Positions 29,520 through 39,024 of a stretch of DNA of 64,000 nucleotides are shown here, one piece after another (the stretch's first letter is position 1; each line of letters begins with the position of its first letter). This stretch comes from an uncultured Thermomicrobiales bacterium. Lineage in GTDB: Bacteria > Chloroflexota > Chloroflexia > Thermomicrobiales > CFX8. The stretch lies in contig CAZNYB010000003.1 in NCBI GenBank assembly GCA_964577155.1, positions 13,815 to 77,814 of the forward strand, given 5' to 3'. The notes below the pieces were generated by a model. That model was not told where the DNA came from. It was given only the letters and a program-made list of their open reading frames with translations, and ran no database searches. The position numbers and the translations under genes are program-made.

Positions 29520-31061
29520 ATGGCTTCCATCGCCGACGCACAAATCCCAAACTTGACCCTGACTGCGCAACACGATCGCAAACGCCTGCATCGCCCTAAT
29601 GTCGCAATCCTCCTGCCGCTTGGCCTGGTGCTGTTGTTTGCCTTCATCTACACGCCTCCACGCTGGCAGGACTGGAACCAGAATTCACGCTTCGATCTAA
29701 CGCGAGCGATCGTCAACGATGGCACGGTGCGCATCGACCGCTATGCTGCCAATACCGGAGACTACGCCAAGTTCGGTGACCGCATGTACTCCGACAAGGC
29801 GCCAGGACTCTCCTTGATGGCAGTTCCAGTTTACGCGGTAACTACCACTCTGGAACCGTACGGGTTGGGACAGCTCTCCCAACGACTCGGACGAAGTGGC
29901 GGCTTTCAGGATTCGCTGAACCCTGATGGTCGCGGACTCAGCGGTGACCGCGTCAATACCGCCGTAGCCCTCTATATCGCGACGATCATGACCGTAAGCA
30001 TTCCTGCCGTCGTCATGCTGCTGCTACTGGCGCTCATCATCGAGCGCCTGACCGGCTGTCAGACCGCTGCAACGCTTGCGACTCTCGCGATTGGGCTGGC
30101 GACGCCGGTCTTCTCGTACTCGCAGGCATTCTACGGTCATATCCCTGCGGCAGCCTGTGTGGTCGGCATCCTTGCTCTCCTGATCCTCAACGACGACGGA
30201 TACCTGAGCACACGGCGATTACTCGGCATCGGTTTACTGGCCGGTTGGGCGATCGTCATCGAATACCCGGTGGCGGTGATCCTTCTGCCGCTTGGCATCT
30301 GGATCGTCTGCCGGGAACGCGAGCGAGCGGTCATCTACGGCCTCGCGGGCATGCTACTGCCACTGACGATCCTGGCCGCCTACGATCTCATCGCCTTCGG
30401 CACACTCCTACCAATCGGCTACGAACACTCTGCTCTTTGGCAGGAACAGCATTCAACCGGCTTCATGAGCGTGACCTATCCTCGCCCCGAAGCGCTCTGG
30501 GGTTTGACTTTCTCACGTTTCCGAGGCCTGTTCGTGCTCGCTCCGATACTGCTACTTGCACTGCCGGGCATGATCATCGGCCTGTGGCAGACCGCAACGC
30601 GGAGCCTCTTTGTCGCCGTCGGCGCGTCGATCCTGGCTTTCCTTCTCTTCATCAGCTCTTCGGTCATGTGGTGGGGCGGCTTTGCCGTCGGCCCCCGCTA
30701 CCTCGTGCCGGCGCTGCCACTTATGGCGCTGCCGCTCGGGGTCATTATCAGCAAGATCAACAGTGAGAGAATGCCGATGCGTGGACTAGGGCTGTGCGTC
30801 GTGGGCCTGTTCGGTCTTATCTCTCTGGCGCTGGTCTGGTCGACGACATTTGCTGGCCAGAACTATCCCGCGGACACAGTACGCAATCCACTGACCGCTT
30901 ACGTGATACCCGCTTTGCGACATGGAGATGTCGCCCGTAATCTGGGCATGGCATTGCAGCTGAGCGGTCTTGCCAGCCTGATTCCCCTGATCCTCATAAT
31001 GGCGGTCGGCACGGCCATCATCGGGCTGCGATTGCTGGTCCGGCCGGTGGTGACGGCATGA
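29520..31061 (+). CDS. polytopic GT-C-like membrane glycosyltransferase (start uncertain: TTG 29487 or ATG 29520)
   Basis: First-loop motif YAKFGDRMYSDKAPGLSLMAVP followed by many TM helices. PMT_2/ArnT-like pattern by eye. Confidence 0.6.
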   Translation: MASIADAQIPNLTLTAQHDRKRLHRPNVAILLPLGLVLLFAFIYTPPRWQDWNQNSRFDLTRAIVNDGTVRIDRYAANTGDYAKFGDRMYSDKAPGLSLMAVPVYAVTTTLEPYGLGQLSQRLGRSGGFQDSLNPDGRGLSGDRVNTAVALYIATIMTVSIPAVVMLLLLALIIERLTGCQTAATLATLAIGLATPVFSYSQAFYGHIPAAACVVGILALLILNDDGYLSTRRLLGIGLLAGWAIVIEYPVAVILLPLGIWIVCRERERAVIYGLAGMLLPLTILAAYDLIAFGTLLPIGYEHSALWQEQHSTGFMSVTYPRPEALWGLTFSRFRGLFVLAPILLLALPGMIIGLWQTATRSLFVAVGASILAFLLFISSSVMWWGGFAVGPRYLVPALPLMALPLGVIISKINSERMPMRGLGLCVVGLFGLISLALVWSTTFAGQNYPADTVRNPLTAYVIPALRHGDVARNLGMALQLSGLASLIPLILIMAVGTAIIGLRLLVRPVVTA

Positions 31062-32665
31062 AGCGCTTCGTCGCGGCGGTAACGATAGGCATCTACCTCG
31101 TCACGAGCATCCCTTATCTCTTTGGATATGTGGTGGCGGGCCAAGGGAACCACTTCACCGGTATCGTGTTCGACGTCCCCGACACCGCCCAATATTTCGC
31201 TTGGATGCGCGCCTTCTCACATGGCCCTGTCATCGCAAATCCTCTGACGCCGGAGCCCGGCATTGCGCGTTTTTTCAACCTGCAATGGTGGTTGCTCGGA
31301 ATGCTGGCATTCAAGACGCCGCTTGGTCCGATCGTCGTCTACCAACTGCTACGGATCATCGCCCTGGTTGGCTTCGCGGTGGCCACGGCGGTATTTTGCC
31401 GACTAACCGTGCCTCGCCACGAGAAATTAGCTTTTGCATTGCTCATGTTCGGATCCGGAGTAGGCTGGATGCTGGTTGTCTTGAAATATGCTCTCGGCGA
31501 GAGCGAGGTACGCTACCCGCTGGATATCCACGTCGGGGAAGCCAACGCCTTTTTCTCTGCCATGGCATTCCCACATCTCTTAGTGGCGGGAGCGTTGCTC
31601 GTCACTGTATTCATCCTGTTTCTGAAAGCTTCTGGATCACGGAAGCGGCGGTTCAGCCTGGCGCTTATTCCGCTGACATTGTGCCTGGGATTTTCACATG
31701 GCTATGATCTCATCCCCGCGATGGCGATTCCGATAGCGACGGCGTTGTTACTGTCATGGAGGGAGAAACGCGCCTCCGATTCCCTCTGGCCGGCCGCAGC
31801 AATTGTCGTTGGCGCGACGCCTCCTGCGCTATACGCGCTTCTGCTGACGCGCCTCGATGGAACGTGGGAAGGTGTCTTGAGTCAGTACGGCAACGCCGGG
31901 GTATTCTCTCCGTCGCCGCCACATCTACTGATCTTAATCGGACTGCCCATGATCTTGGCTTTACCCCAGCTCAAGCCCTCACTATGGAGAACAGCCGATG
32001 TCCCAGGACTGTTCATTCGAGTTTGGACGGTCATCGGCTTTTTCCTGTTGTACATATCCACCGATTACCAAATCAAGATGCTGATCGCATACCAGGTACC
32101 GGTCTCGCTGCTGTCTGCGCTAACCCTCACACAAGCGGCTGGCGCGCTTTCTCGACGCTTGGTTTCAATCGAACCAGCGAGAATCCGCATGGTTGGCGCT
32201 TTCATCGTCGTTGGATTCATCTCTCTGACGAATATCTACCTGACCGGCTGGAGAATGATCGATCTACATCGCACCGACTATCCCTATTACCTGTCGACCA
32301 CCGATATCCGGGCAATCACCGAACTCAATGAAGTAGCCGGAGAGTACGATGTTGTCCTTTCGTCGGAAGATATCGGTGTCTTCGTTCCTGTCTACAGTGA
32401 TTCGCGACCTTTTCTTGCACACTGGGCCCAAACTCTGGACTACCTGGATCGCCGGGACCAAGCCAGCTGGTTCTTCCAACCCACGACTTCCGATAGAAGC
32501 CGGGCCGACTTTCTCAACCAGCACAACATCGACTTCGTAATCTCAGGACCTGCCGAGGCTGCTCAATCGCAGACAACTTCTCCAGTCACACTGCATCTTG
32601 AGTCCGTTATCAGCGGGACTACAACACTGTATCGCTCGCCACCAATACAGGCTCGGAAACGATGA
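31058..32665 (+). CDS. polytopic membrane protein, GT-C-like candidate
   Basis: 535 aa with an acidic first-loop motif (FDVPDTAQYFAWMR), more than 10 TM helices and a soluble C-terminal domain. 4-nt ATGA overlaps on both sides. Confidence 0.5.
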   Translation: MKRFVAAVTIGIYLVTSIPYLFGYVVAGQGNHFTGIVFDVPDTAQYFAWMRAFSHGPVIANPLTPEPGIARFFNLQWWLLGMLAFKTPLGPIVVYQLLRIIALVGFAVATAVFCRLTVPRHEKLAFALLMFGSGVGWMLVVLKYALGESEVRYPLDIHVGEANAFFSAMAFPHLLVAGALLVTVFILFLKASGSRKRRFSLALIPLTLCLGFSHGYDLIPAMAIPIATALLLSWREKRASDSLWPAAAIVVGATPPALYALLLTRLDGTWEGVLSQYGNAGVFSPSPPHLLILIGLPMILALPQLKPSLWRTADVPGLFIRVWTVIGFFLLYISTDYQIKMLIAYQVPVSLLSALTLTQAAGALSRRLVSIEPARIRMVGAFIVVGFISLTNIYLTGWRMIDLHRTDYPYYLSTTDIRAITELNEVAGEYDVVLSSEDIGVFVPVYSDSRPFLAHWAQTLDYLDRRDQASWFFQPTTSDRSRADFLNQHNIDFVISGPAEAAQSQTTSPVTLHLESVISGTTTLYRSPPIQARKR

Positions 32666-34308
32666 TGCGCATACCACGAAGTTTCATTGCCGCACTAGCC
32701 CTGTTGACATTTGGTCTCAGTCAGGCAAGATTAGAGGTCACAAGCGCACAAGCGCCGTCTGTCATCTGGTCAGAAGCTCAACCGATTGGTGAGAACCTTC
32801 CGTCCTCCTGGTTCCCGGAGATTCACGTCGACTCCTACGGAACGACGCGCCTCGTCTGGGAATCGGTCCGTGACAGCACCGATCCAACAGTGAATAGTGC
32901 CAACGGCGGCGCAATCATGTTATCCGAACTTCGTGATGGCGAATGGACTGAACCAAGCGACATATACGTCAAAGATGTCCTCAACGCCGCCCGCCCAATC
33001 CTAGCTTCAGACACGGAGTATCTCCATCTTCTCTCGCGTAGTCCTCGACCAGATGGGCGAATCACGATCCAGACATTGTCGGCGCTTTACTACATGCGCG
33101 CGCCGCTCGCGTCGGACGCTACGGATGCGCGCTCATGGAGCATCCCGATACGCCTCACATCAGGACCAGCATACTGGGCTCAGATTCAAACACTCGCAAA
33201 TGGACGGGTTGTTGTCGTCTACAATCAGATCATCGATCCCACCTCGGATCAGAGCGGACAGACGAGCTCCGGGTTTTCGACGACAGCACTATTCTCACGC
33301 GTATCGGACGACTTCGGAGCGACCTGGGGACAGCCGACGAGAATCTCTTTCACGACAAACCAAGTCGCGCGGTCATCATTGGTCGTCTCGCCGGTCGACG
33401 GGACGCTGATCCTTGCCTGGGATGAAGGCTACGATAATCTGACTGGTCAAGGGACCGCAGCCGGAATCTTCACCGCCACCTCCACTACTGGAGGATCGGA
33501 CTGGGTCGTCGGGGGAAGGTTAGACGAACCGCAATCCACTGATGAACGTCTTGTAACATTCGCGGCCCGCGGTTCCGTGGAGTCAAGCACACTAGTGTCT
33601 ACAGAACAAACGACGATGCTGGTCTATCGATCGACTGTCGAAGATGTGTTGCTCTACCGTCTCAGCAACGATCAGGGTCGTAGCTGGTCAGAAGAACAAC
33701 CAATTCCAGAGGCGATTGCACGCGAATACCTCACTCCCCACAACTTCGACAAGCTCGCGCTTACGGCAGACTCAGATGGACGCATCATCCTGGCCTTTGT
33801 CGGGCAAGATCCGAACACCGAAAGTGGTCTTTCCGTCCAGACGATGACCTTCGAGGATGGCGCGTGGTCGGTGCCTTGGATCGTCGCTGCTCCCGCTGGC
33901 TATCCTGAGTATCCTCGACTAGTCGTTACCGGCGGCAACCAGGTGAACATGACCTTTTTTGTGCGAGACCAAGCGTTCGTTGAACACGGACGATACGTCA
34001 TCTGGACTGCGAGTGGAACGACTACTGCGCCTCAAGTGGAACCTTTGCCAAAAAAGGATATGCCGGAACAAGATATCGGCATACAATCAGATTCAACAGC
34101 GCCAGTGACAAATGAAGAGAAGGGCGTACAGATTACGCCATATCCTAGCATTCCAGAATCGACACGAGCTGTAAACACTTCCAGCAAGCTCGAATCGCCG
34201 GCCAACACAATTTCTCAGCCAATTCTCAAATCTTCTCTCCTGACCGTTGGATTCCTCATGCTTTCGATCACAGCAATAAAGGTCATGAGGAGGCTGACAA
34301 CGTTCTAG
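32662..34308 (+). CDS. BNR/Asp-box (sialidase-like) beta-propeller protein with signal peptide and C-terminal TM anchor
   Basis: Asp-box motifs SDDFGATW, STTGGSDW and SNDQGRSW. N-terminal signal-like MMRIPRSFIAALALLTFGLSQA. C-terminal hydrophobic LLTVGFLMLSITAIKVMRRL. Confidence 0.7.
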   Translation: MMRIPRSFIAALALLTFGLSQARLEVTSAQAPSVIWSEAQPIGENLPSSWFPEIHVDSYGTTRLVWESVRDSTDPTVNSANGGAIMLSELRDGEWTEPSDIYVKDVLNAARPILASDTEYLHLLSRSPRPDGRITIQTLSALYYMRAPLASDATDARSWSIPIRLTSGPAYWAQIQTLANGRVVVVYNQIIDPTSDQSGQTSSGFSTTALFSRVSDDFGATWGQPTRISFTTNQVARSSLVVSPVDGTLILAWDEGYDNLTGQGTAAGIFTATSTTGGSDWVVGGRLDEPQSTDERLVTFAARGSVESSTLVSTEQTTMLVYRSTVEDVLLYRLSNDQGRSWSEEQPIPEAIAREYLTPHNFDKLALTADSDGRIILAFVGQDPNTESGLSVQTMTFEDGAWSVPWIVAAPAGYPEYPRLVVTGGNQVNMTFFVRDQAFVEHGRYVIWTASGTTTAPQVEPLPKKDMPEQDIGIQSDSTAPVTNEEKGVQITPYPSIPESTRAVNTSSKLESPANTISQPILKSSLLTVGFLMLSITAIKVMRRLTTF

Positions 34309-34630
34309 ATGTACGAACAGTTTGTGTCTGGACGTGGATGTTCTGCTCTACTATTACTATTGAGGATCTCATACCGGTCGCCCAGATCAGCAGAGATCTC
34401 ATTCACGAGGCTCTCAAACAGCATCAGTAGTGATTTGCTCGACTAGATTCAATTTAAGCGAGTTGGGTCGGCGCTGAAGATCATCTGCCACTTTCTGGGA
34501 CCGATCAATTGCCCATTCACCGGGTCTAGGTGGCGCCAGTCAATAGCCTATACCAACTGGAGCGCGGCGAAGCCAACCACCTCCCTATCAACGGATGACT
34601 GGAGAACCGAGAAGGAAGACGCCACATACA

Positions 34631-34644
34631 TGACGGATTTGTCA
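34631..34644. promoter_or_regulatory. palindromic operator-like site B: TGAC-GGATTT-GTCA
   Basis: Read directly (catacaTGACGGATTTGTCAtttc). About 100 nt upstream of the Wzz/BY-kinase-like gene, in a 435-bp gap. Confidence 0.55.
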
Positions 34645-34743
34645 TTTCGGCATCTACGCACCCAACTATGTGAGTGAGATTGGGACCGCATACTTCATGT
34701 GGGCATGCGGGCAGCGCTTTCGAAGCGGTGAGGGCTCTTGTGT

Positions 34744-36393
34744 ATGAATTCTCGCAATTTGTATTTGGAGTTTGTAAAAAACTGGTACTGGCTAGTTGCC
34801 CTCGGCATGATTATCTCGCTTGCCGCCACCTACCTTGCGATTGGTAATCGGGCCACCTTATATCGCTCGACTTCAACACTTCAAGTTGGTCAAACCCTTG
34901 AGAATGAAAGCCCAAGCCAGGACGAGATAGCTATTACCGATCGCCTCGTCACCATCTATGGCGATCTGGCTACGAGAGATCCCGTGCTTGAAGCTGTCGT
35001 CACCAACCTCCAACTTGCACTGACGCCAGACGATTTGCGTGCCCGCATGCTAGTGAAGGCAGTTCCGGCGACCCAGCTCATCGACATCACCATCATTGAT
35101 TCCGATCCTGTGGTCGCCGCGGCAATTGCAGACGAAGTCGCGCGGCAGATCGCGCTTGCAAGTCCGGGGCCAAACACGGACTCAGAGACCCAACGCTTTC
35201 TGACGGATCAGCTCAGCGACCTGCAGGCGAAGATCATCGCGGCGCAAGACGAGCTAAAGACGACTGAAACATCAATGCTAGGTATGACTAGCGCGGCGGA
35301 CATCTACGACGCTCAGCAGCGTATTGATCTGCTCAATGCGCAGATAGAATCCTGGCAGCAGACGTATGGCGTGTTGCTCACGCAGCTAGAGCCAAGCGCT
35401 ACGAACGTCGTCCGCGTCATCAACGATGCCACGCCTTCCGTCAGACCCCTGCCACACCGGACGATGCTCTACTATGGATTCGCAGTCCTAATGGGAGCCG
35501 GGCTCGCGACCCTTATCGCTCTCGCGCTTTCCTATTTCGACCGTGCGATAAGAAATAGCAAGGATCTAGCAGACTGGGACGAAGATCTCCCGATTGTTGA
35601 TATTCCATCTTTCAAAACTCGTAAGTCGTCGGCGGTCGTCGCTATGCACAATCCGGCGAGTCAAGGCGCAAGCGCCTACCGCGTCCTCCGGAACGTGCTC
35701 AAACTCAACATCAAAGACAACAGGTCGACTGCAATGATGGTCACGAGTTTGGGTGTCGGAGAAGGGAAGACGACGACAGCTGCCAATCTGGCTGTTTCGC
35801 TCGCGAACAGCGGCACTCTCGTGATCGTTGTTGATGCTAACTTCCACAACCCTGAGCTTGACGAGCTCTTTGGAGCCAGTCTCCAACAGGGGTTTAGCGA
35901 TCTGGTAGTCGGTCGCCGCACGGTGCGAGAGGTGGTTCAGGAAACCGATCACCCCCGCCTTTGGTTGCTGGGTAGCGGCACCGTGCCGTTCGACTATCTC
36001 GATGTCCTCGCATCCGACAAGGTCAAGACCGCGGTTAATGCCTTGCTCCAGCAAGCGGACGTTGTCCTCTTTGACGCGCCAGCGCTAGATCAGGAACAAG
36101 ATGCTCAGTTGCTTGCGAAGGTGATCGAGCAGGTTGTACTCATCGCCGAGTCCGCACATTCGACGCCAGAGTCAATCGCCACCGCCATCGAAATGATTCG
36201 AGAAGCTGGTGCGCAGGTTTCTGTCGTCGTCGTCAACAAGGTGCGACGCCCCTGGCATTCCTTCGTTCTGCAGTGGCCGTTGTCGCGTGAACGCCGGCTC
36301 GAAGCCCGCGCAAGCGCCAGACGTGGGCGTAAAATGGCGGAAACGCCTGGAGATTTGCCAAAAGAACAAACCTCAACGGGAGTCGCCGACTAG
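34744..36393 (+). CDS. polysaccharide co-polymerase (Wzz domain) fused to a BY-kinase-like P-loop ATPase
   Basis: N-terminal TM helix, Wzz-like periplasmic coiled region and a second TM helix. These are followed by Walker A GVGEGKTTTAANLA, Walker A' VVDANFHNPEL and Walker B VVLFDAPALD. The ATG at 34744 has GGTGAGGG upstream. Confidence 0.75.
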   Translation: MNSRNLYLEFVKNWYWLVALGMIISLAATYLAIGNRATLYRSTSTLQVGQTLENESPSQDEIAITDRLVTIYGDLATRDPVLEAVVTNLQLALTPDDLRARMLVKAVPATQLIDITIIDSDPVVAAAIADEVARQIALASPGPNTDSETQRFLTDQLSDLQAKIIAAQDELKTTETSMLGMTSAADIYDAQQRIDLLNAQIESWQQTYGVLLTQLEPSATNVVRVINDATPSVRPLPHRTMLYYGFAVLMGAGLATLIALALSYFDRAIRNSKDLADWDEDLPIVDIPSFKTRKSSAVVAMHNPASQGASAYRVLRNVLKLNIKDNRSTAMMVTSLGVGEGKTTTAANLAVSLANSGTLVIVVDANFHNPELDELFGASLQQGFSDLVVGRRTVREVVQETDHPRLWLLGSGTVPFDYLDVLASDKVKTAVNALLQQADVVLFDAPALDQEQDAQLLAKVIEQVVLIAESAHSTPESIATAIEMIREAGAQVSVVVVNKVRRPWHSFVLQWPLSRERRLEARASARRGRKMAETPGDLPKEQTSTGVAD

Positions 36394-36411
36394 CAAACGA
36401 GGTCTCTGAGC

Positions 36412-37671
36412 ATGCGCTTGCTCATGTTGACACAGATCGCACCTTTTCCGCCGGATGCTGGCCCAAAGATCAAAACGTATTTTCTCCTTAAGAAACTGTC
36501 GATGTTCCACGACATCGACTTAGTGACTTTCGCTCGAGATGAGCACGAGCGCGAAGCCGCCAACGCATTGAAACATCTCTGTTCCAATGTCACAACTATT
36601 TCACTGGAGCGCAGCAGAGTTCGAGAACCTCTGTATGCGGCTCGAGGCTGGGCTAGCCGGCAGCCATTTCTCGTTGCTCGTGACTACCGTAAGGAAATGA
36701 TGGCAACGGTCAGCCGCCGCGTCGAATCAGGATCGATCGATGTGGTTCACGCAGATCAGCTTTCAATGGCTCAATATCTGCCTGATCGACGAAGATTACC
36801 CAGGGGAGTCTATCTTGTCTTCGATGCCCACAACGCAGTCTGGAAATTGGTGCAATCACTGGTTGGCAACCAACCAACACCTGTCCATCGAGTCGCCGCT
36901 TCTATTGAATGGCGCATGCTGAAGCGTTTCGAAGGGCGCGCTTGCTCAATTTCCAATCTAACCCTCGCGGTATCGCCGATCGACGTATCCTATCTTCAGC
37001 AAGCAGCCGGCGGCGCGGGCAGATACGTTATCGCTCCGATTGGCATCGAGGCTCGAGAAACCGAGCAAATACCAATACGTGCGTCGAAGCGTCGCTTGTT
37101 AAGCATTTCGACAATGCACTATCCACCAAACATCGACGCAATCCGCTGGTTCAGAGAATTCGTTTGGTCACAGTTCACACCTGCTGAGCGGAGCATCGGC
37201 TTTGATATAGTAGGCAGCCGCCCGCCTGCGGATATCATTTCCTGGGCTAGCGAAGATCCGCATGTCAAGGTCCATGGATTTGTCCCTGATCTTTCACCGT
37301 TACTCAATAATGCGGGCATCTTCGTCGTACCGCTGAACGCTGGCAGCGGTATTCGAGTCAAGATACTGGAGGCAATGGCGCATGGATTGCCGATCGTGTC
37401 GACGAGTATAGGAGTTGAAGGGTTGCCGGTTGTTTCCGGTGAGCATCTGCTAGTTGCGGACACACCGGAAGCGTTCGCAAACGCAATTCGACGACTCATG
37501 GCTGACCCTGTCCAACGCCGGAAGGTTGGTACGAGTGGCAGGTCTTTCGCCATGGACTACGACTGGCGCTCCTGTCTTCAGCCGGTCATTGAAGCCTACG
37601 ATCACCTGAGCGATCCAACGATGGGATCAACCAATCACATGCTTCAGCCCGATCAGAATGAGCAACCATAA
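36412..37671 (+). CDS. glycosyltransferase family 4 (GT-B fold)
   Basis: IFVVPLNAGSGIRVKILEAMAHGLPIVSTSIGVEGL motif. Confidence 0.8.
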   Translation: MRLLMLTQIAPFPPDAGPKIKTYFLLKKLSMFHDIDLVTFARDEHEREAANALKHLCSNVTTISLERSRVREPLYAARGWASRQPFLVARDYRKEMMATVSRRVESGSIDVVHADQLSMAQYLPDRRRLPRGVYLVFDAHNAVWKLVQSLVGNQPTPVHRVAASIEWRMLKRFEGRACSISNLTLAVSPIDVSYLQQAAGGAGRYVIAPIGIEARETEQIPIRASKRRLLSISTMHYPPNIDAIRWFREFVWSQFTPAERSIGFDIVGSRPPADIISWASEDPHVKVHGFVPDLSPLLNNAGIFVVPLNAGSGIRVKILEAMAHGLPIVSTSIGVEGLPVVSGEHLLVADTPEAFANAIRRLMADPVQRRKVGTSGRSFAMDYDWRSCLQPVIEAYDHLSDPTMGSTNHMLQPDQNEQP

Positions 37672-37737
37672 GCCCAGACTGGCAACTATCGCAAGCAGCC
37701 ACCATTCCCAGTAGATGGAGCCTCGACTATCGTCCAT
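37627..37737 (-). CDS. possible 36-aa single-TM mini-protein (below the ORF-track size cutoff)
   Basis: My translation gives MDDSRGSIYWEWWLLAIVASLGLWLLILIGLKHVIG. AAGGAG lies 9 nt upstream of the ATG. It overlaps the 3' end of the convergent GT4 gene by 45 nt and has no homology support. Confidence 0.25.
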   Translation of the reverse strand: MDDSRGSIYWEWWLLAIVASLGLWLLILIGLKHVIG

Positions 37738-38111
37738 ACCACGTAGCTCCTTGGCGCCGTTGAAACTAGAATTCCATACCAGGTAACTCCAGGAGCTAGA
37801 ATATTTGGTCCCAGATCGACGCGTTGCGGGTTACTAAAACGTCAGAGTCGCGCGAGACGTCATTCAAACCGAACAGAACCGGGACCAAAACAGCTACCGG
37901 ATACAGTTTGCCTGGTTACTTTTGTACTGGTTTGGTGGCATGTTGATAGTACTGCCTGGCTGAGAGCGGCGGCAGAGCTAGTCAAACCGGAATACCAGCA
38001 GAAGTCAGCGTCTGATCTATCAAAATCAGACTTCACAACCCGTGCCAACAGATGCAATCTCAATAGTGTATACCTATGCAATCCTGGAGTGGATAGGCGA
38101 AGGGAACACAC

Positions 38112-38855
38112 GTGGCTCTTCAGGATCCGGTGGCGGTTGCTTCAGGCAATATCGTGATCGTCGATGATGATGTGGTGACGACCAAAGTGCTGCGCTTCCT
38201 GCTCGAGGAGGAAGGCTACTCTACCTACGTCATCCATCGCGGCAGTCAGGTCGTCCAGGCTGTCACCAACCAGGAAACCGACCTCGTCCTCCTCGACATC
38301 AATCTGCCCGACATCGATGGCTTCACCCTCACCAAACTCCTGCGCGCTCACCGCTACTTCGGTCCCATCATCCTCCTCACCGGCCGGAGTTCTCTGGCCG
38401 ATAAACTCAGCGGCTTCGAACATGGCGCCGACGATTATCTTCCTAAACCTTACGAACCGCTCGAACTCCTCGCCCGCATCGAAGCCGTCCTCCGTCGAGC
38501 CAAACATGCCGACCAGCAACCTCTCGGTTCTGTCCTCCGCGTCGATGATGCCGAACTCTCGCTGGGTGAACTCACCTACCGGAGCAATGCCGTCGCAGAC
38601 GCCCTGCTCACTCCCACCGAAATGCGGCTGCTCGAAGTGCTGATGCGCAACAGCTGGATCGTCATTGGACGCGACACCTTGATCGAACGTGTCTGGGGGT
38701 ATGACTTTGAAGGCGACACCAATCGTGTCGATGTCTACATTCGCCGGGTCCGTCGCAAGATCGAAGCCGATCCCCAACAACCCCGCTATCTCCACACCGT
38801 CCGTGGCGTCGGCTACGTCTTTCGTGTCGAATCAGCTACGGTCAACACCGAATAG
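38112..38855 (+). CDS. OmpR/PhoB-family response regulator, copy 1 (canonical receiver plus winged helix)
   Basis: Receiver residues are present: IVDDD, DLVLLDINLPDIDG, LLTGRS, GADDYLPKP. Trans_reg_C domain (LTPTEMRLLEVL, VDVYIRRVRRKIE, TVRGVGYVF). GTG start with GAAGGGAA upstream. Confidence 0.85.
   Translation: MALQDPVAVASGNIVIVDDDVVTTKVLRFLLEEEGYSTYVIHRGSQVVQAVTNQETDLVLLDINLPDIDGFTLTKLLRAHRYFGPIILLTGRSSLADKLSGFEHGADDYLPKPYEPLELLARIEAVLRRAKHADQQPLGSVLRVDDAELSLGELTYRSNAVADALLTPTEMRLLEVLMRNSWIVIGRDTLIERVWGYDFEGDTNRVDVYIRRVRRKIEADPQQPRYLHTVRGVGYVFRVESATVNTE
38155..38837 (+). repeat. 683-bp perfect direct repeat, copy 1 (internal to the response regulator CDS)
   Basis: Compared line by line with 40935..41617 at an offset of 2780 nt. 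No mismatch seen between these bounds, and the flanks are unrelated. Confidence 0.9.
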
Positions 38856-39024
38856 CTCTGCTGAGACCTCCCAGTTGTTCCCTCTCAAGCGCTCATGTCA
38901 GATTTCTCATACGCCAGTGCCCGGAATGACGCACTCGCCACTACATTGACGAGTTCTACTATGAACGTCGGAGCGTTCATCGCCTCGACATATCATTCGT
39001 CGACTCGATGTGGAGAGCATAGCC

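Noticed and set aside
38001-38036. Imperfect hairpin GAAGTCAGCGTCTGAT-N8-ATCAGACTTC upstream of response regulator copy 1.
   Set aside because: The stem needs a bulge, and the sequence does not match the TGAC-N6-GTCA family. It is a possible regulatory element, but the evidence is too weak to list.
38142-38795. 217-aa minus-strand ORF, with its twin at 40835..41575 (246 aa), antisense to the response regulator genes.
   Set aside because: Both lie exactly opposite clearly recognisable OmpR-family coding sequence. Their compositionally biased products (rich in Asp, Glu, Gly, Phe and Ala) show no motifs. The lack of stops is explained by the C-ending codon bias of the sense strand.
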